Both the position numbers and the translations under genes were made by a program. Under the pieces are notes generated by a model. That model had not been told where the DNA came from, made no database searches, and worked only from the letters and a program-made list of their open reading frames with translations. DNA of 59,832 nucleotides, filler included. It is 4 parts of 4 records of this genome, joined end to end, with 100 filler letters (N's around TTAATTAATTAA, not from the genome) between each part and the next. Parts side by side here need not be neighbours in the genome. Positions count along the whole stretch, not along the records: positions 1 to 23,271 come from SRR20825019_1782; positions 23,372 to 36,175 come from SRR20825019_1789; 2 more parts are not named here. The stretch is one strand, 5' to 3'. Below, piece after piece: positions 21,339-30,740 of this stretch (its first letter is position 1; each line of letters begins with the position of its first letter).

Positions 21339-21698
21339 TCAGACCAAGGGAGGGGGTATGGGCGGGCGCTGCGCGAATGCAAGCGCATCATCCTTTGCAT
21401 GGAAACCGAAGCTTGGGGAGAAATGGTTTGGCATTGCAATAGCCGCATCGACCGTTTCAATGAAAACCCCGAGAAGTGTGTGGAAGCCAACATGCGCAGC
21501 CTGCGCTTCAAGGGTGTCATGCTCCGTGACTTCGTCTGGCTCATGATCATGGATCATTTCGCTGGCATGCGCCTGCACGTGTGGCCGCTCAAGATGAGCG
21601 TGTTCAGCGTCGAAAACGGCAAGGTCCATGAAGCGCAGGAACATTAGCGCACCCATGGTCATCAGAACCATCATGTTTTTGATCGGTTGTATCGTCAT
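21339..21698 (-). CDS. Small His-rich periplasmic protein (CzcI-like position)
   Basis: Hydrophobic N-terminus, multiple His, C-terminal RPPIPPP; upstream of czcC. Confidence 0.65.
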   Translation of the reverse strand: MTIQPIKNMMVLMTMGALMFLRFMDLAVFDAEHAHLERPHVQAHASEMIHDHEPDEVTEHDTLEAQAAHVGFHTLLGVFIETVDAAIAMPNHFSPSFGFHAKDDALAFAQRPPIPPPLV

Positions 21699-21806
21699 CT
21701 TCTACCTGAGTTCGAGCTTGTGCCCTGATAGTAGGCCGCATGGGTCCACTAATCAAGTCGGCTTCTCGTGGTGTCGTATTATATTTTTGTGGCTTGGTGG
21801 TGCTTT

Positions 21807-21833
21807 GGCCAAAACCGACCCAAAGCGGCCACT
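21807..21833 (+). repeat. Hairpin boundary repeat, copy 2
   Basis: GGCCAAAACCGACCCAAAGCGGCCACT; shares CGACCCAAAGCGG with copy 1; sits at an abrupt GC drop. Confidence 0.6.
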
Positions 21834-21947
21834 TACCAAAAGTTTGAACAAGCTAGGTAGTGGAATTATATTCTTAGAGGAAATGCATGACTAAAATAAA
21901 AATGAAACTAATCTCTATTGGGGCTCTACTATTATAATCGAGGAAAA

Positions 21948-22781
21948 ATGGAAATTAACTCAATAGAAAAGGAAACTATAGGCCTGTGCATTTGCGTTGA
22001 ATCTCTCAACAATATGGTGAACCATGCTTTGCTTGACGTGAGGAAAAGTTCAAGAACGATAGGTGAGGCCGAGGTCTATTTTAAGGACTTTATCCATCGT
22101 TCACTATTTGTAATTCGTTTCTTGGATTTTGCAAAGGAAGCTGGAGATAGTAAATTAACAGGCGTGTCAGGATCGTGCATAAACGTACTTAGCGAGACTT
22201 GTCAAAGCAAGAGTTTCAATAAAGAGGTAACTGATCTTCAAAAGGCACTAAATGAGTTAGTCAACTGGCTTGAGTTTAAGGCTCCGCTAAAATTATGTCT
22301 TCCAACGCTCGATATAGAAGCAAAGATCGAAGTTTCAAGAATGGACTTCTTGAAAATTTCAGGCAATCATTCGAAGCACAATATATCCAGATTAACTGGT
22401 GTATCGAAAGAGATACACAAAATCCTCACAGAGCACGATTATGTTGTACCACTTGAGCTGATACCTCTCGCACTAGAAGACTTCCAAGAACATCTTGATG
22501 AGAACTATTTCATATACTACGGCACTTGGATGGCGCAATTATTAAATGATGTTCGGTGGGGGATTCAAGCGTATCTAACGCCGATCTATATTTCATGTCA
22601 TAAAAGAGCAAATGATGGATTTTCATATAAATATGAGTATCCAGAAGGCTTAGAAAACGAACTATCTAAACAATGGTTTTGGCGTTTGATGAATCACGTC
22701 AGAGCTTCTCCATATTTGGAGAAATTCACAGCTCCTGATTCATTCACAAGCCAAAGTTCATTAGAATGGGATATGGAATAA
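21948..22781 (+). CDS. AT-rich hypothetical protein with possible HEPN-like motif
   Basis: 277 aa, GAGG SD; KISGNHSKH resembles the RxxGNxxxH HEPN variant; much more AT-rich than neighbours. Confidence 0.6.
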   Translation: MEINSIEKETIGLCICVESLNNMVNHALLDVRKSSRTIGEAEVYFKDFIHRSLFVIRFLDFAKEAGDSKLTGVSGSCINVLSETCQSKSFNKEVTDLQKALNELVNWLEFKAPLKLCLPTLDIEAKIEVSRMDFLKISGNHSKHNISRLTGVSKEIHKILTEHDYVVPLELIPLALEDFQEHLDENYFIYYGTWMAQLLNDVRWGIQAYLTPIYISCHKRANDGFSYKYEYPEGLENELSKQWFWRLMNHVRASPYLEKFTAPDSFTSQSSLEWDME

Positions 22782-22821
22782 AAAACGTTCCAACAGGTTC
22801 TTATTAAGGAAACAAGTTTAC

Positions 22822-22845
22822 GTCCGCTACTGGCCGAAAGCTGAC
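22822..22845 (+). repeat. Hairpin boundary repeat, copy 3
   Basis: GTCCGCT-ACTGGCCGAA-AGCTGAC; same architecture and orientation as copies 1 and 2. Confidence 0.5.
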
Positions 22846-22931
22846 TCTGAAGCCATCGTTCTGAAGAAACTGCTATTCGACGAATCTATCTTCTCTTGAC
22901 CAATTTCACTTATTTGTGGGTTTTACCCGGT

Positions 22932-23126
22932 CTAGCCAACTTTGGAGGCATCACTCCGCCCACCTCCTTGTGCGATCTTTTGGAAATAACGATCTTGGCG
23001 TTCAACGTCGATATAGGGATTGGGGAGACCTGTGGCTATAGCCTCCCTTTTGGCTTGAGCGAACGCTTGCTCGCCAATCTCGGCTAGTTCTTCGAATGAT
23101 AAGTCAAAAGTCGACTTCTTCGTCAT
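22932..23126 (-). CDS. Small hypothetical (64 aa), antitoxin-like
   Basis: Short helical ORF (AFAQAKREAIATGLP) resembling small partners of zeta-type ATPases; no intact partner follows. Confidence 0.45.
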   Translation of the reverse strand: MTKKSTFDLSFEELAEIGEQAFAQAKREAIATGLPNPYIDVERQDRYFQKIAQGGGRSDASKVG

Positions 23127-23271
23127 CGCTCGCTTCTACCTATCGTCGACTTGGGGGCATCGTGCCTCACCCATTCAAGCTGTCTTTTATGCCATAGAAT
23201 TTGTGTGGCATAGAGATTGGTGTCTGAGCTACTCAAGGGCTACGAGAATAGCCCTAAAATGAAGAGGGCTG

Positions 23272-23371
23272 NNNNNNNNNNNNNNNNNNNNNNNNNNNNN
23301 NNNNNNNNNNNNNNNTTAATTAATTAANNNNNNNNNNNNNNNNNNNNNNNNNNNNNNNNNNNNNNNNNNNN
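23272..23371. other. Artificial contig spacer
   Basis: 44 N + TTAATTAATTAA (stops in all six frames) + 44 N; composition changes across it. Confidence 0.98.
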
Positions 23372-25522
23372 AACAAGTACAAAAAACAAGGATTCTTGAA
23401 TGCCAAGGTAAGTATTGCCACAACGGCCGATACCACGGGTACCAATGTGCAGAACATGGTCATCAATGTAAATAAAGGTGATAAGGTAAAAATTAAGGAC
23501 ATCAACTTTGTTGGTAACGAAAAACTGTCGGACAAAAGGCTCCGCAAATCCCTGAAGAAAACCAAAAAGAAAAAGTTTTACCGTTTTTGGAAGAAATCCA
23601 AATACATTGAGGCAGAATACCAAGAAGACCTCGATAACTTGATCGATACTTATGCAGAAAGAGGGTATAGGGATGCCCGAGTGCTATCGGATACCTTTGT
23701 GAAACTGGACGAGAAGAACATTGAGCTTACCATCAAAGTAGAGGAAGGTGACAAATATTATTTTGGTGAAATCGACTTTGTAGGTAACTCCGTTTATACG
23801 GATAGAATGTTGAGTCAAGTGCTCGGAATCAAAAAAGGCGATACCTATAATGGAGTAATGTTGAAAAAGCGTATCGCTGACGATTCCGATCCAGATGCAG
23901 CTGATTTAACAAACCTATATCAAAATAACGGATATTTGTTTTCGAGTATCAACCCGGTTGAGGTTTCAGCTGTAAATGATACCATCGATTTTGAAATACG
24001 AATCATAGAAGGAAAAGAAACCTTCTTGGATCACGTAACAGTTTCTGGTAACGACAAGACCAATGACCATGTAATTTACAGGGAAATCAGAACAAGGCCA
24101 GGTCAAAAATACAGCAAGTCCAATATTGTTAGAACAATCCGGGAATTAGGCCAGCTAGGATTTTTTGATGCAGAACAAATCGTTCCTGATATCCAAAACC
24201 CAGACCCCAATGCGGGTACAGTGGATGTGAACTATAGCTTGGTGGAATCTGGTTCCAGCCAGATTGAGCTCCAAGGTGGTTTTGGTGGTGGAGGTTTCAT
24301 CGGTACGTTGGGACTTTCCTTTAGTAACTTCTCTTTAAAGAACATTTTCAACAAGGAAGCATACAAACCCGTACCCATGGGGGACGGACAAACCTTTGCC
24401 CTGCGTTTGCAGGCCAGTAGGACCTTCCGTGTCTATAGCTTGAACTTCTCCGAGCCGTGGTTGGGCGGTAAAAAACCGGTAAGGTTTAACATGTCGCTGT
24501 CCAGAACACAACAGTTTGCTACTGGATATGATCAAAATGGTAGATTGGATGTGCAGAAAGATCGTGGGTTCTCCATTACGGGAGTATCTGCCGGTTTGGC
24601 GAAAAGGGTACAATGGCCGGATGATTTCTTTACGATTTCCCATTCCGTGGGTTATCAATATTATAAGTTCGATGATTATGATTTGGGACTATTTAACTTT
24701 GGTAACGGTAGCTCAAACTCATTGACATACACTTTTGGTATTTCCAGAAGTTCCCAAGGTCCCAGTAGAATTTTCCCCATGACGGGTTCCAACTTTGAGC
24801 TTACGGCAAAATTTACACCGCCATATTCGCTCTTTGGCAGCAAAGATTTTAAATCGTTAAAAAACCGTAGAAAGGAATTGACGGATATCTCTCTGGAAAG
24901 ACCGTTGACCACCTTGGAGGCCAATGAAATAAGGGAGATAGAAAAGGAGCGCTTTAGGTGGTTGGAGTTCTATAAGGTGAAGTTTAAAGGAGATTGGTAC
25001 ACCAATATTGTGGATAAACTGGTATTGCGTACCAATGCAGAATTTGGATTCTTGGGGTCCTATAATAATGATATAGGGGATGTGCCTTTTGAGCGTTTTT
25101 ATGTCGGGGGCGACGGTCTAGGAAACTTTAGTTTGGACGGTCGGGATGTAGTGCAATTAAGAGGTTACGAGAATAGCTCGTTGGCTTTTTCCGTATATAA
25201 CCCGGTTAGACAGTCCGCGCAGCAAGAAGGTGGGGTCATCTACAATAAGTACTCCATGGAGCTTCGATATCCTTTGACCTTAAAACCATCGGCATCCATT
25301 TACGTACAAACATTTTTGGAAGCAGGTAACGCGTTCAATAATTTTCAGGACCTCAACCCATTTGAACTAAAAAGGTCGGCAGGTGCAGGTTTAAGGATTT
25401 TTATGCCGGCGTTCGGTCTTTTGGGGATTGATTTTGGATATGGTTTTGATGCAGATAACGTTAGACCAAATGCTGGACCTAGTGGTTGGCAGACACACTT
25501 TATCATTGGACAACAATTTTAA
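23372..25522 (+). CDS. bamA: BamA outer membrane assembly factor (5'-truncated)
   Basis: POTRA repeats, LRGY loop-6 motif, Bacteroidota C-terminus GWQTHFIIGQQF. Confidence 0.95.
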   Translation, partial: NKYKKQGFLNAKVSIATTADTTGTNVQNMVINVNKGDKVKIKDINFVGNEKLSDKRLRKSLKKTKKKKFYRFWKKSKYIEAEYQEDLDNLIDTYAERGYRDARVLSDTFVKLDEKNIELTIKVEEGDKYYFGEIDFVGNSVYTDRMLSQVLGIKKGDTYNGVMLKKRIADDSDPDAADLTNLYQNNGYLFSSINPVEVSAVNDTIDFEIRIIEGKETFLDHVTVSGNDKTNDHVIYREIRTRPGQKYSKSNIVRTIRELGQLGFFDAEQIVPDIQNPDPNAGTVDVNYSLVESGSSQIELQGGFGGGGFIGTLGLSFSNFSLKNIFNKEAYKPVPMGDGQTFALRLQASRTFRVYSLNFSEPWLGGKKPVRFNMSLSRTQQFATGYDQNGRLDVQKDRGFSITGVSAGLAKRVQWPDDFFTISHSVGYQYYKFDDYDLGLFNFGNGSSNSLTYTFGISRSSQGPSRIFPMTGSNFELTAKFTPPYSLFGSKDFKSLKNRRKELTDISLERPLTTLEANEIREIEKERFRWLEFYKVKFKGDWYTNIVDKLVLRTNAEFGFLGSYNNDIGDVPFERFYVGGDGLGNFSLDGRDVVQLRGYENSSLAFSVYNPVRQSAQQEGGVIYNKYSMELRYPLTLKPSASIYVQTFLEAGNAFNNFQDLNPFELKRSAGAGLRIFMPAFGLLGIDFGYGFDADNVRPNAGPSGWQTHFIIGQQF

Positions 25523-25745
25523 TGACTTTAATCCGTTTCAGTTAAAAAGATCTGCCGGAGTGGGGCTACATATTTTTGGGCCGGTATCTATACTCTCTGG
25601 AATCAATTCTGATGAAAAGCTAAATGTAATGGCAAAATCAGGATTCAATATGGGGCAAGTAATCGGTAAACGGACTTCATCATCGGGCAGCAGTTTTAAT
25701 TTATGGAAAACGCCTCTTTATTATTTTTCAAATAGTTCATTTTGA
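25511..25745 (+). pseudogene. Degenerate tandem copies of the bamA 3' end
   Basis: FNDFNPFQLKRSAGVGLHIF versus native FQDLNPFELKRSAGAGLRIF; ends FIIGQQF* (TAA 25697-25699) after a frameshift; a third WKT..FII relic follows. Confidence 0.8.
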
Positions 25746-25759
25746 ACAAATTAGTAATT

Positions 25760-25776
25760 TTGGCACGATATTTTCT
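25760..25776 (+). promoter_or_regulatory. Putative sigma-54 promoter of ompH
   Basis: TTGGCACGATATTTTCT: perfect -24 TGGCACG, variant -12 (TTTC for TTGC), 21 bp before the start. Confidence 0.55.
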
Positions 25777-25797
25777 ATGTAAAATGCGGAATCAAAG

Positions 25798-26619
25798 ATG
25801 AATACCAAAGTTCTTTTAACATTAGTCGTTTTGCTGACATCCTTTTACGGGTTTTCCCAACGGGGCGTTCGTATAGGTTATGTGGATATGGAGTATATCC
25901 TTGAAAATGTGGAAGAGTACCGGGATGCCACCAAGCAATTGAACGATAAAGCCCAAAAGTGGAAGCAGGAAATCGAACTGAAGCAAAGCGTTGTCGAACA
26001 AATGAAAAAAGATTTGATGGCGGAAAAAGTACTCTTGACCGACGAACTGATCTTGGAGCGGGAAGAAGAGATACAGCTATTAGAAAAGGAAATGTTGGAT
26101 TACCAACAAGACCGTTTTGGACCTCAAGGGGATTTGGTGCTACAGAAACAATTGTTGATACAGCCGATACAGGACCAAGTTTTCAATGAAGTACAAAAAA
26201 TCGGAGCCAATAAAAGATACGATTTTATTTTTGATAAATCCGCAGATGTTGTAATGTTGTACTCCGAAAAAAGACACGACATAAGTGACTTGGTTTTAAG
26301 GGAGATAGGACGCACAAGAAAAATAAGTGCCTCCAACAAAAAACAAGAGGAACAAAGCCGTTTGGAACAGTTCCAGGAAGAGGAGGACGAAATAAGCGAT
26401 GCGCTCAGGGAAAGACAAGAGCAGGCCGAAGAAGCCCTTGAAGAGAGGGAGAAAGCAGCAGAGGAACGCAGAGCCGAAAAATTAAAAGAAAGAGAAGAAC
26501 GCAAGAAAGCGTACGAAGAACGAAGGAGAAAATTATTGGAAGAGCGCGAAGCCCAGCGAAAAGCCAAATTGGAAGAGCGAAAAAAAGCGCAAGAACAACA
26601 AAAGGATTCAATAGGATAG
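25798..26619 (+). CDS. ompH: OmpH/Skp chaperone with long charged C-terminal extension
   Basis: Signal peptide, RIGYVDMEYIL, YDFIFDK, DISDLVL; downstream of bamA. Confidence 0.9.
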   Translation: MNTKVLLTLVVLLTSFYGFSQRGVRIGYVDMEYILENVEEYRDATKQLNDKAQKWKQEIELKQSVVEQMKKDLMAEKVLLTDELILEREEEIQLLEKEMLDYQQDRFGPQGDLVLQKQLLIQPIQDQVFNEVQKIGANKRYDFIFDKSADVVMLYSEKRHDISDLVLREIGRTRKISASNKKQEEQSRLEQFQEEEDEISDALRERQEQAEEALEEREKAAEERRAEKLKEREERKKAYEERRRKLLEEREAQRKAKLEERKKAQEQQKDSIG

Positions 26620-26668
26620 AGTATATTGAAACACTAAATTTAAAGTCAAAAAAGTAACGTTGAGAATC

Positions 26669-27178
26669 ATGAAAAATGTAAAAAGAATCGCTGTAGCCCT
26701 AGTATTGTTTGTTGCGGCTACTGGTTTTGTAAATGCTCAGAGCAAGATTGCACACATCAATGTACAGCAATTATTGTCTGATATGCCGGAGATGAAGGCT
26801 GCACAAGCTGAATTGAAGAAATTACAAGAAACTTACAGAGCGGATATCCAAAGCTCTATGACCGAGCTTCAAAACAAGTATACACAATACGAAAACGAAG
26901 CAACTTCCAAAACAAGGGAAGAAAACGAGCAAAGAGCTGTTGAACTACAAGGTTTCCAGCAAAATATCCAAGAAGCGGAGCAAGCAGCTATGCAAGAAAT
27001 GCAAAAGAAACAACAAGAATTGTTTGCACCTATTTCTGAAAAGGCAAAAGCAGCAATCGAGAAAGTGGCAGCGGCAAAAGGTTACGATTACGTAATCGAT
27101 GCCAGCCCAGGATTGAGCTTGATCGTATCCAAAGGTCCAGACCTTTTGGCCGAAGTAAAAAAGGAACTAGGTTTCTAA
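26669..27178 (+). CDS. ompH: OmpH/Skp chaperone
   Basis: KIAHINVQQLLSDMPE, GYDYVID, DLLAEVKKELG. Confidence 0.92.
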   Translation: MKNVKRIAVALVLFVAATGFVNAQSKIAHINVQQLLSDMPEMKAAQAELKKLQETYRADIQSSMTELQNKYTQYENEATSKTREENEQRAVELQGFQQNIQEAEQAAMQEMQKKQQELFAPISEKAKAAIEKVAAAKGYDYVIDASPGLSLIVSKGPDLLAEVKKELGF

Positions 27179-27203
27179 ACCTTACCTTCAAATAAAATAG
27201 TAG

Positions 27204-27229
27204 ACCGCTTTTTTTAAAGCGGTTTTTTT
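27204..27229 (+). terminator. Rho-independent terminator
   Basis: ACCGCTTT/AAAGCGGT stem followed by a T-run. Confidence 0.8.
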
Positions 27230-27262
27230 ATGCCATAAAAATTTAAGCCACTATTTTTAAGC

Positions 27263-28042
27263 ATGCCAAAACCAATAGGAATTTTTGACTCAGGAGTGGG
27301 GGGCACCTCCATTTGGAAAGAGGTGGCCAAAATGCTCCCTAATGAAAACACCATTTATTTGGCGGATAGTACCAATGCCCCTTATGGAGAAAAGTCAAAA
27401 GAAGAGATTTTAAGGCTCAGTATTAAAAATACGGAGTATTTGCTCAGTTCGGGCTGTAAAATTATTGTAGTGGCCTGTAACACCGCCACAACAAACGCCA
27501 TAGATCATCTCCGTTCACGTTACAACGTGCCGTTTATAGGAATAGAGCCGGCAATTAAACCGGCGGCCCTCCAGACCAAAACCAAAAAAGTTGGGGTATT
27601 GGCCACCAAGGGAACGCTCTCCAGTAGTTTGTTCCACAATACGTCCAAACTCTTTGCCGAGGGGATTACTGTCTTGGAGCAAGAGGGGAAGGGTTTGGTA
27701 GAGCTGATAGAAGCAGGGGAGATTGATTCCCCGGAGATGAGAAGCCTATTGGCGACTTTCCTGAATCCCATGCTCAAAGAGAATATAGATTGTTTGGTGC
27801 TCGGATGCACCCATTATCCCTATCTTATTCCAGTTTTGAAGGAAATATTGCCGAGCAATGTCAATATTATAGATTCTGGCGAAGCCGTGGCCCGTCAGAC
27901 CAAGACCGTTTTGGAACAGAATAACTTGCTAACCAAGGTCAATGATAATCCTGAACATCTTTTTTACACCAATGCAGATGTGAAAGTTTTGAAAGATTTG
28001 GTCAATGACCCGACTGCTCAGGTATCCTCTAAGGATTTTTAA
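27263..28042 (+). CDS. murI: Glutamate racemase
   Basis: IGIFDSGVGG, VACNTAT, LGCTHYP. Confidence 0.97.
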   Translation: MPKPIGIFDSGVGGTSIWKEVAKMLPNENTIYLADSTNAPYGEKSKEEILRLSIKNTEYLLSSGCKIIVVACNTATTNAIDHLRSRYNVPFIGIEPAIKPAALQTKTKKVGVLATKGTLSSSLFHNTSKLFAEGITVLEQEGKGLVELIEAGEIDSPEMRSLLATFLNPMLKENIDCLVLGCTHYPYLIPVLKEILPSNVNIIDSGEAVARQTKTVLEQNNLLTKVNDNPEHLFYTNADVKVLKDLVNDPTAQVSSKDF

Positions 28043-28045
28043 ACC

Positions 28046-28537
28046 CTATTTTCTTTTGTAAGTGAGGTAGGTAAAAGCATATTCGTGCCTATCATCTTTT
28101 GGATGGTGTTCCTCTTTTACTAGCTCCCATTGCTCTTCATCAATCTCTGGAAAAAAGGCATCCGCCTCAAAAGTACCGTGCACCCTTGTCAATTCGATAT
28201 GGGTGGCACGGTCCATGGACTGTTTGTAAATTTCACCTCCCCCAATGATAAAGGCAGTTTCGTTGTCCTCTACCAGCGCAATCGCATCCGCCAATGAGTG
28301 CACAATAGTGCAGGGAAATTTCGGGACGTAATTCTCGTCCCTTGTAATGGCAATGTGGGTGCGGTTGGGCAAGGGTTTTGGAAAACTCTCCAAAGTTTTT
28401 CTTCCCATTATGATTTTGTGGCCTGAGGTAAGACTTTTAAACCGTTTAAAATCATCCGGTAAATGCCATACCAAATCGTTGTCCTTGCCAAGGGCATTGT
28501 TTTCGGCCGCGGCCGCAATAATGATCAATTTTCTCAT
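28046..28537 (-). CDS. folA: Dihydrofolate reductase
   Basis: LVWHLPDDFKRFK, IMGRKT, PLPNR, IIGGGEIY. Confidence 0.97.
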   Translation of the reverse strand: MRKLIIIAAAAENNALGKDNDLVWHLPDDFKRFKSLTSGHKIIMGRKTLESFPKPLPNRTHIAITRDENYVPKFPCTIVHSLADAIALVEDNETAFIIGGGEIYKQSMDRATHIELTRVHGTFEADAFFPEIDEEQWELVKEEHHPKDDRHEYAFTYLTYKRK

Positions 28538-28926
28538 TGATCTTTTTTTTTATTGATTTTGGAAAGGGGAAAGTCGGTTTCTATTTCCTTTTGGATCTCG
28601 CCAATACGTTTTTTTTGAAGGTTTACCAATCGCTCGCGTTGCTGGCGCTCCCAATCTTGCCCCATAAATTTATGCGTAACAAAAACATTGAAAACATGCA
28701 GGACCAAGAAAAGGGCCCAAGCCAGTACGATCCAAATGGACCAATCGTAAGTCTCTCCGTACTTGAGTACTTTGTTGGCAAGAATCAAAAAAATACTTCC
28801 GACCAAGAAAATTACGAAGTGGGAGAACAGTCGCTTCTTTTGTTTGATGCGCTTATGGGCATTCTCCAAAAGTTCGTGCTGCTCCAAATCTATTTCTGAC
28901 TTGTTCTTTTTACCGAATGACAACAT
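28534..28926 (-). CDS. 2TM domain protein
   Basis: AHKRIKQKKRLFSH, two TMs, WERQ; overlaps folA start (ATGA). Confidence 0.8.
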   Translation of the reverse strand: MLSFGKKNKSEIDLEQHELLENAHKRIKQKKRLFSHFVIFLVGSIFLILANKVLKYGETYDWSIWIVLAWALFLVLHVFNVFVTHKFMGQDWERQQRERLVNLQKKRIGEIQKEIETDFPLSKINKKKDQ

Positions 28927-28980
28927 GGAATGGCTATCTTTATCAACAAAGATAATTGAATTGTATCCAAAAATCCCGAT

Positions 28981-30075
28981 ATGCAAACCCTAAGAAAAAA
29001 ATTCCCCGTGCTTAACCATTATGTTTATGCCAATACCGCTTCTGCAGGACTGTTAAGCGAAGATTTGATGGAATGGAGACAAGGGCACGACTTAGATTAC
29101 CTAATTGGTGGTAGCCAAATGAAGAACAAGGGCTTTGCCCATATGCCCGAAATAAAGAAGACGGTTGGGAAGTTTTTTAACTGCAAGCCCGATAATGTGG
29201 CCTTGGTACCCAATTTCAGTTTGGGGTTTAACTTGTTGTTGGAAGGATTGCCCAAGGATAAAAAAGTGCTGTTGGTCAACAAGGATTACCCAAGTGTCAA
29301 CTGGCCGTTCGAGACCAGAGGGTTTGAACTTGACCATGTGGATGCCGATGAGCATATGGAGGAGAACATCCATGCCAAGGTAAAAAAGGGAGATGTTGAT
29401 ATACTAGCACTCAGTTTGGTGCAATGGGTAGATGGGGTCCGCATTGATTTTGATTTTCTGAAAGATTTGAAAAAGGAATTTCCCGACCTGATGATTCTTG
29501 CCGATGGCACACAATATTGTGGTACCGAGCCGTTCGATTTTGAAGCATCCGGTATCGATATTTTGGGAGCCAGTGCCTACAAATGGATGTTGGCAGGATA
29601 CGGAAACGGCTTTTTCTTGGTAAAAGACGCCGTGATGGAGCAGTTTGAGCTTAGGGGTATCGGTAATGGTTCCGTAAACAACGATGCTTCCAAACGGGAC
29701 AGCATTACTTTTTGCAAGTTCTTGGAGCCTGGCCATTTGGATTCCCTCAATTTTGGGAGCTTGGAGTTTGCCGTGAAATTTTTGGACGAAATAGGTCCAG
29801 AGAATGTGCAGGCGCAATTGCAAAAGTTGTCAAAAAAAGCTATGAAAGCATTTTCGGAGCTTGATCTGCTAGAGCCTGCCGTTATCAAAAGAAAGCGGCA
29901 CAGCACCATATTCAACATTAAGGGCGACGAGAATCTCTTCAATAAACTCACCGAAGAAAACATAGTGGCCTCGCCACGTGGGGGAGGCATCCGTTTGAGC
30001 TTTCATTTTTATAATACCGAGGAGGAAATAGATGTTATCTCAACACTTCTAAAACGCTGGGCATCAAAATCATAA
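28981..30075 (+). CDS. Class V PLP-dependent aminotransferase
   Basis: YANTASAG, DGTQ, SAYKWM (PLP Lys), IRLSFHFYN. Confidence 0.92.
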   Translation: MQTLRKKFPVLNHYVYANTASAGLLSEDLMEWRQGHDLDYLIGGSQMKNKGFAHMPEIKKTVGKFFNCKPDNVALVPNFSLGFNLLLEGLPKDKKVLLVNKDYPSVNWPFETRGFELDHVDADEHMEENIHAKVKKGDVDILALSLVQWVDGVRIDFDFLKDLKKEFPDLMILADGTQYCGTEPFDFEASGIDILGASAYKWMLAGYGNGFFLVKDAVMEQFELRGIGNGSVNNDASKRDSITFCKFLEPGHLDSLNFGSLEFAVKFLDEIGPENVQAQLQKLSKKAMKAFSELDLLEPAVIKRKRHSTIFNIKGDENLFNKLTEENIVASPRGGGIRLSFHFYNTEEEIDVISTLLKRWASKS

Positions 30076-30216
30076 TTGGTAAAAAACGTCGATTTAATTT
30101 GCTAAAAGTAAGATTGCGGTTAGGTGGATTTTATCAAATTGATAAATCGGTTCTAACTAATTGTAAATAAACGGTTTTATGTATTGTTTTGTACTGAAAT
30201 TAAAATTTTCGGTACC

Positions 30217-30513
30217 ATGGCAATTAAAAAACAATACCTGAAGAGCAAGCCTGTTTGCAAAGTAACTTTTACGGTTCCTGCAGATGAGGCAGAGACCGTT
30301 GCAGTAGTTGGCGATTTCAATAAATGGAATCCCAAAAAGAGCGGCTTAAAGAAATTAAAGAACGGAACCTTTAAGGGAACGTTTGAACTACCTGTGGAGA
30401 ACAGCTACGAGTTTAGATATTTGATAGACGGCAATTATACCAACGATGGTGAGGCCGATCGTTACCAATGGAACGATTACGCAGGCACCGAAAATGCCGT
30501 TTTGGAAGTATAA
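30217..30513 (+). CDS. Isoamylase early set (CBM48-like) domain protein
   Basis: CKVTF, VVGDFNKW, YEFRYLIDG. Confidence 0.9.
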   Translation: MAIKKQYLKSKPVCKVTFTVPADEAETVAVVGDFNKWNPKKSGLKKLKNGTFKGTFELPVENSYEFRYLIDGNYTNDGEADRYQWNDYAGTENAVLEV

Positions 30514-30516
30514 AAT

Positions 30517-30640
30517 GTGGGACACGCCATCAGTTGGCCCCAAAACTGATGGTGGGTTTTCCATAACTTGGCCGTAAAACTTTGTGAATTGGATTCGTCA
30601 GTCCGAGTGATTTTGGGTGGTTGAGCGAAGTCGAAACCAA
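30517..30640. repeat. Intergenic palindromic (REP-like) elements
   Basis: CCATCAGTT/AACTGATGG hairpin and GGTTGAGCGAAGTCGAAACC motif between convergent genes. Confidence 0.5.
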
Positions 30641-30740
30641 AGAAAATTGTATCGGGAACTGGAGTCGAATCCAACAAAACCGATTCTCGAAAACTTCTAT
30701 TCCCCGTAGGTGGCGAGTACAGCTTGACCTTCCAAAAAAA

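Noticed and set aside
22910-22951. MPPKLARPGKTHK mini-ORF as a zeta-toxin Walker A remnant
   Set aside because: Only GKT matches; too short to support.
23316-23327. TTAATTAATTAA palindrome repeated three times
   Set aside because: Artificial six-frame-stop linker inside N runs.
25428-25745. 105-aa ORF overlapping the bamA end as a real gene
   Set aside because: It is the reading frame of the decayed bamA duplicate.
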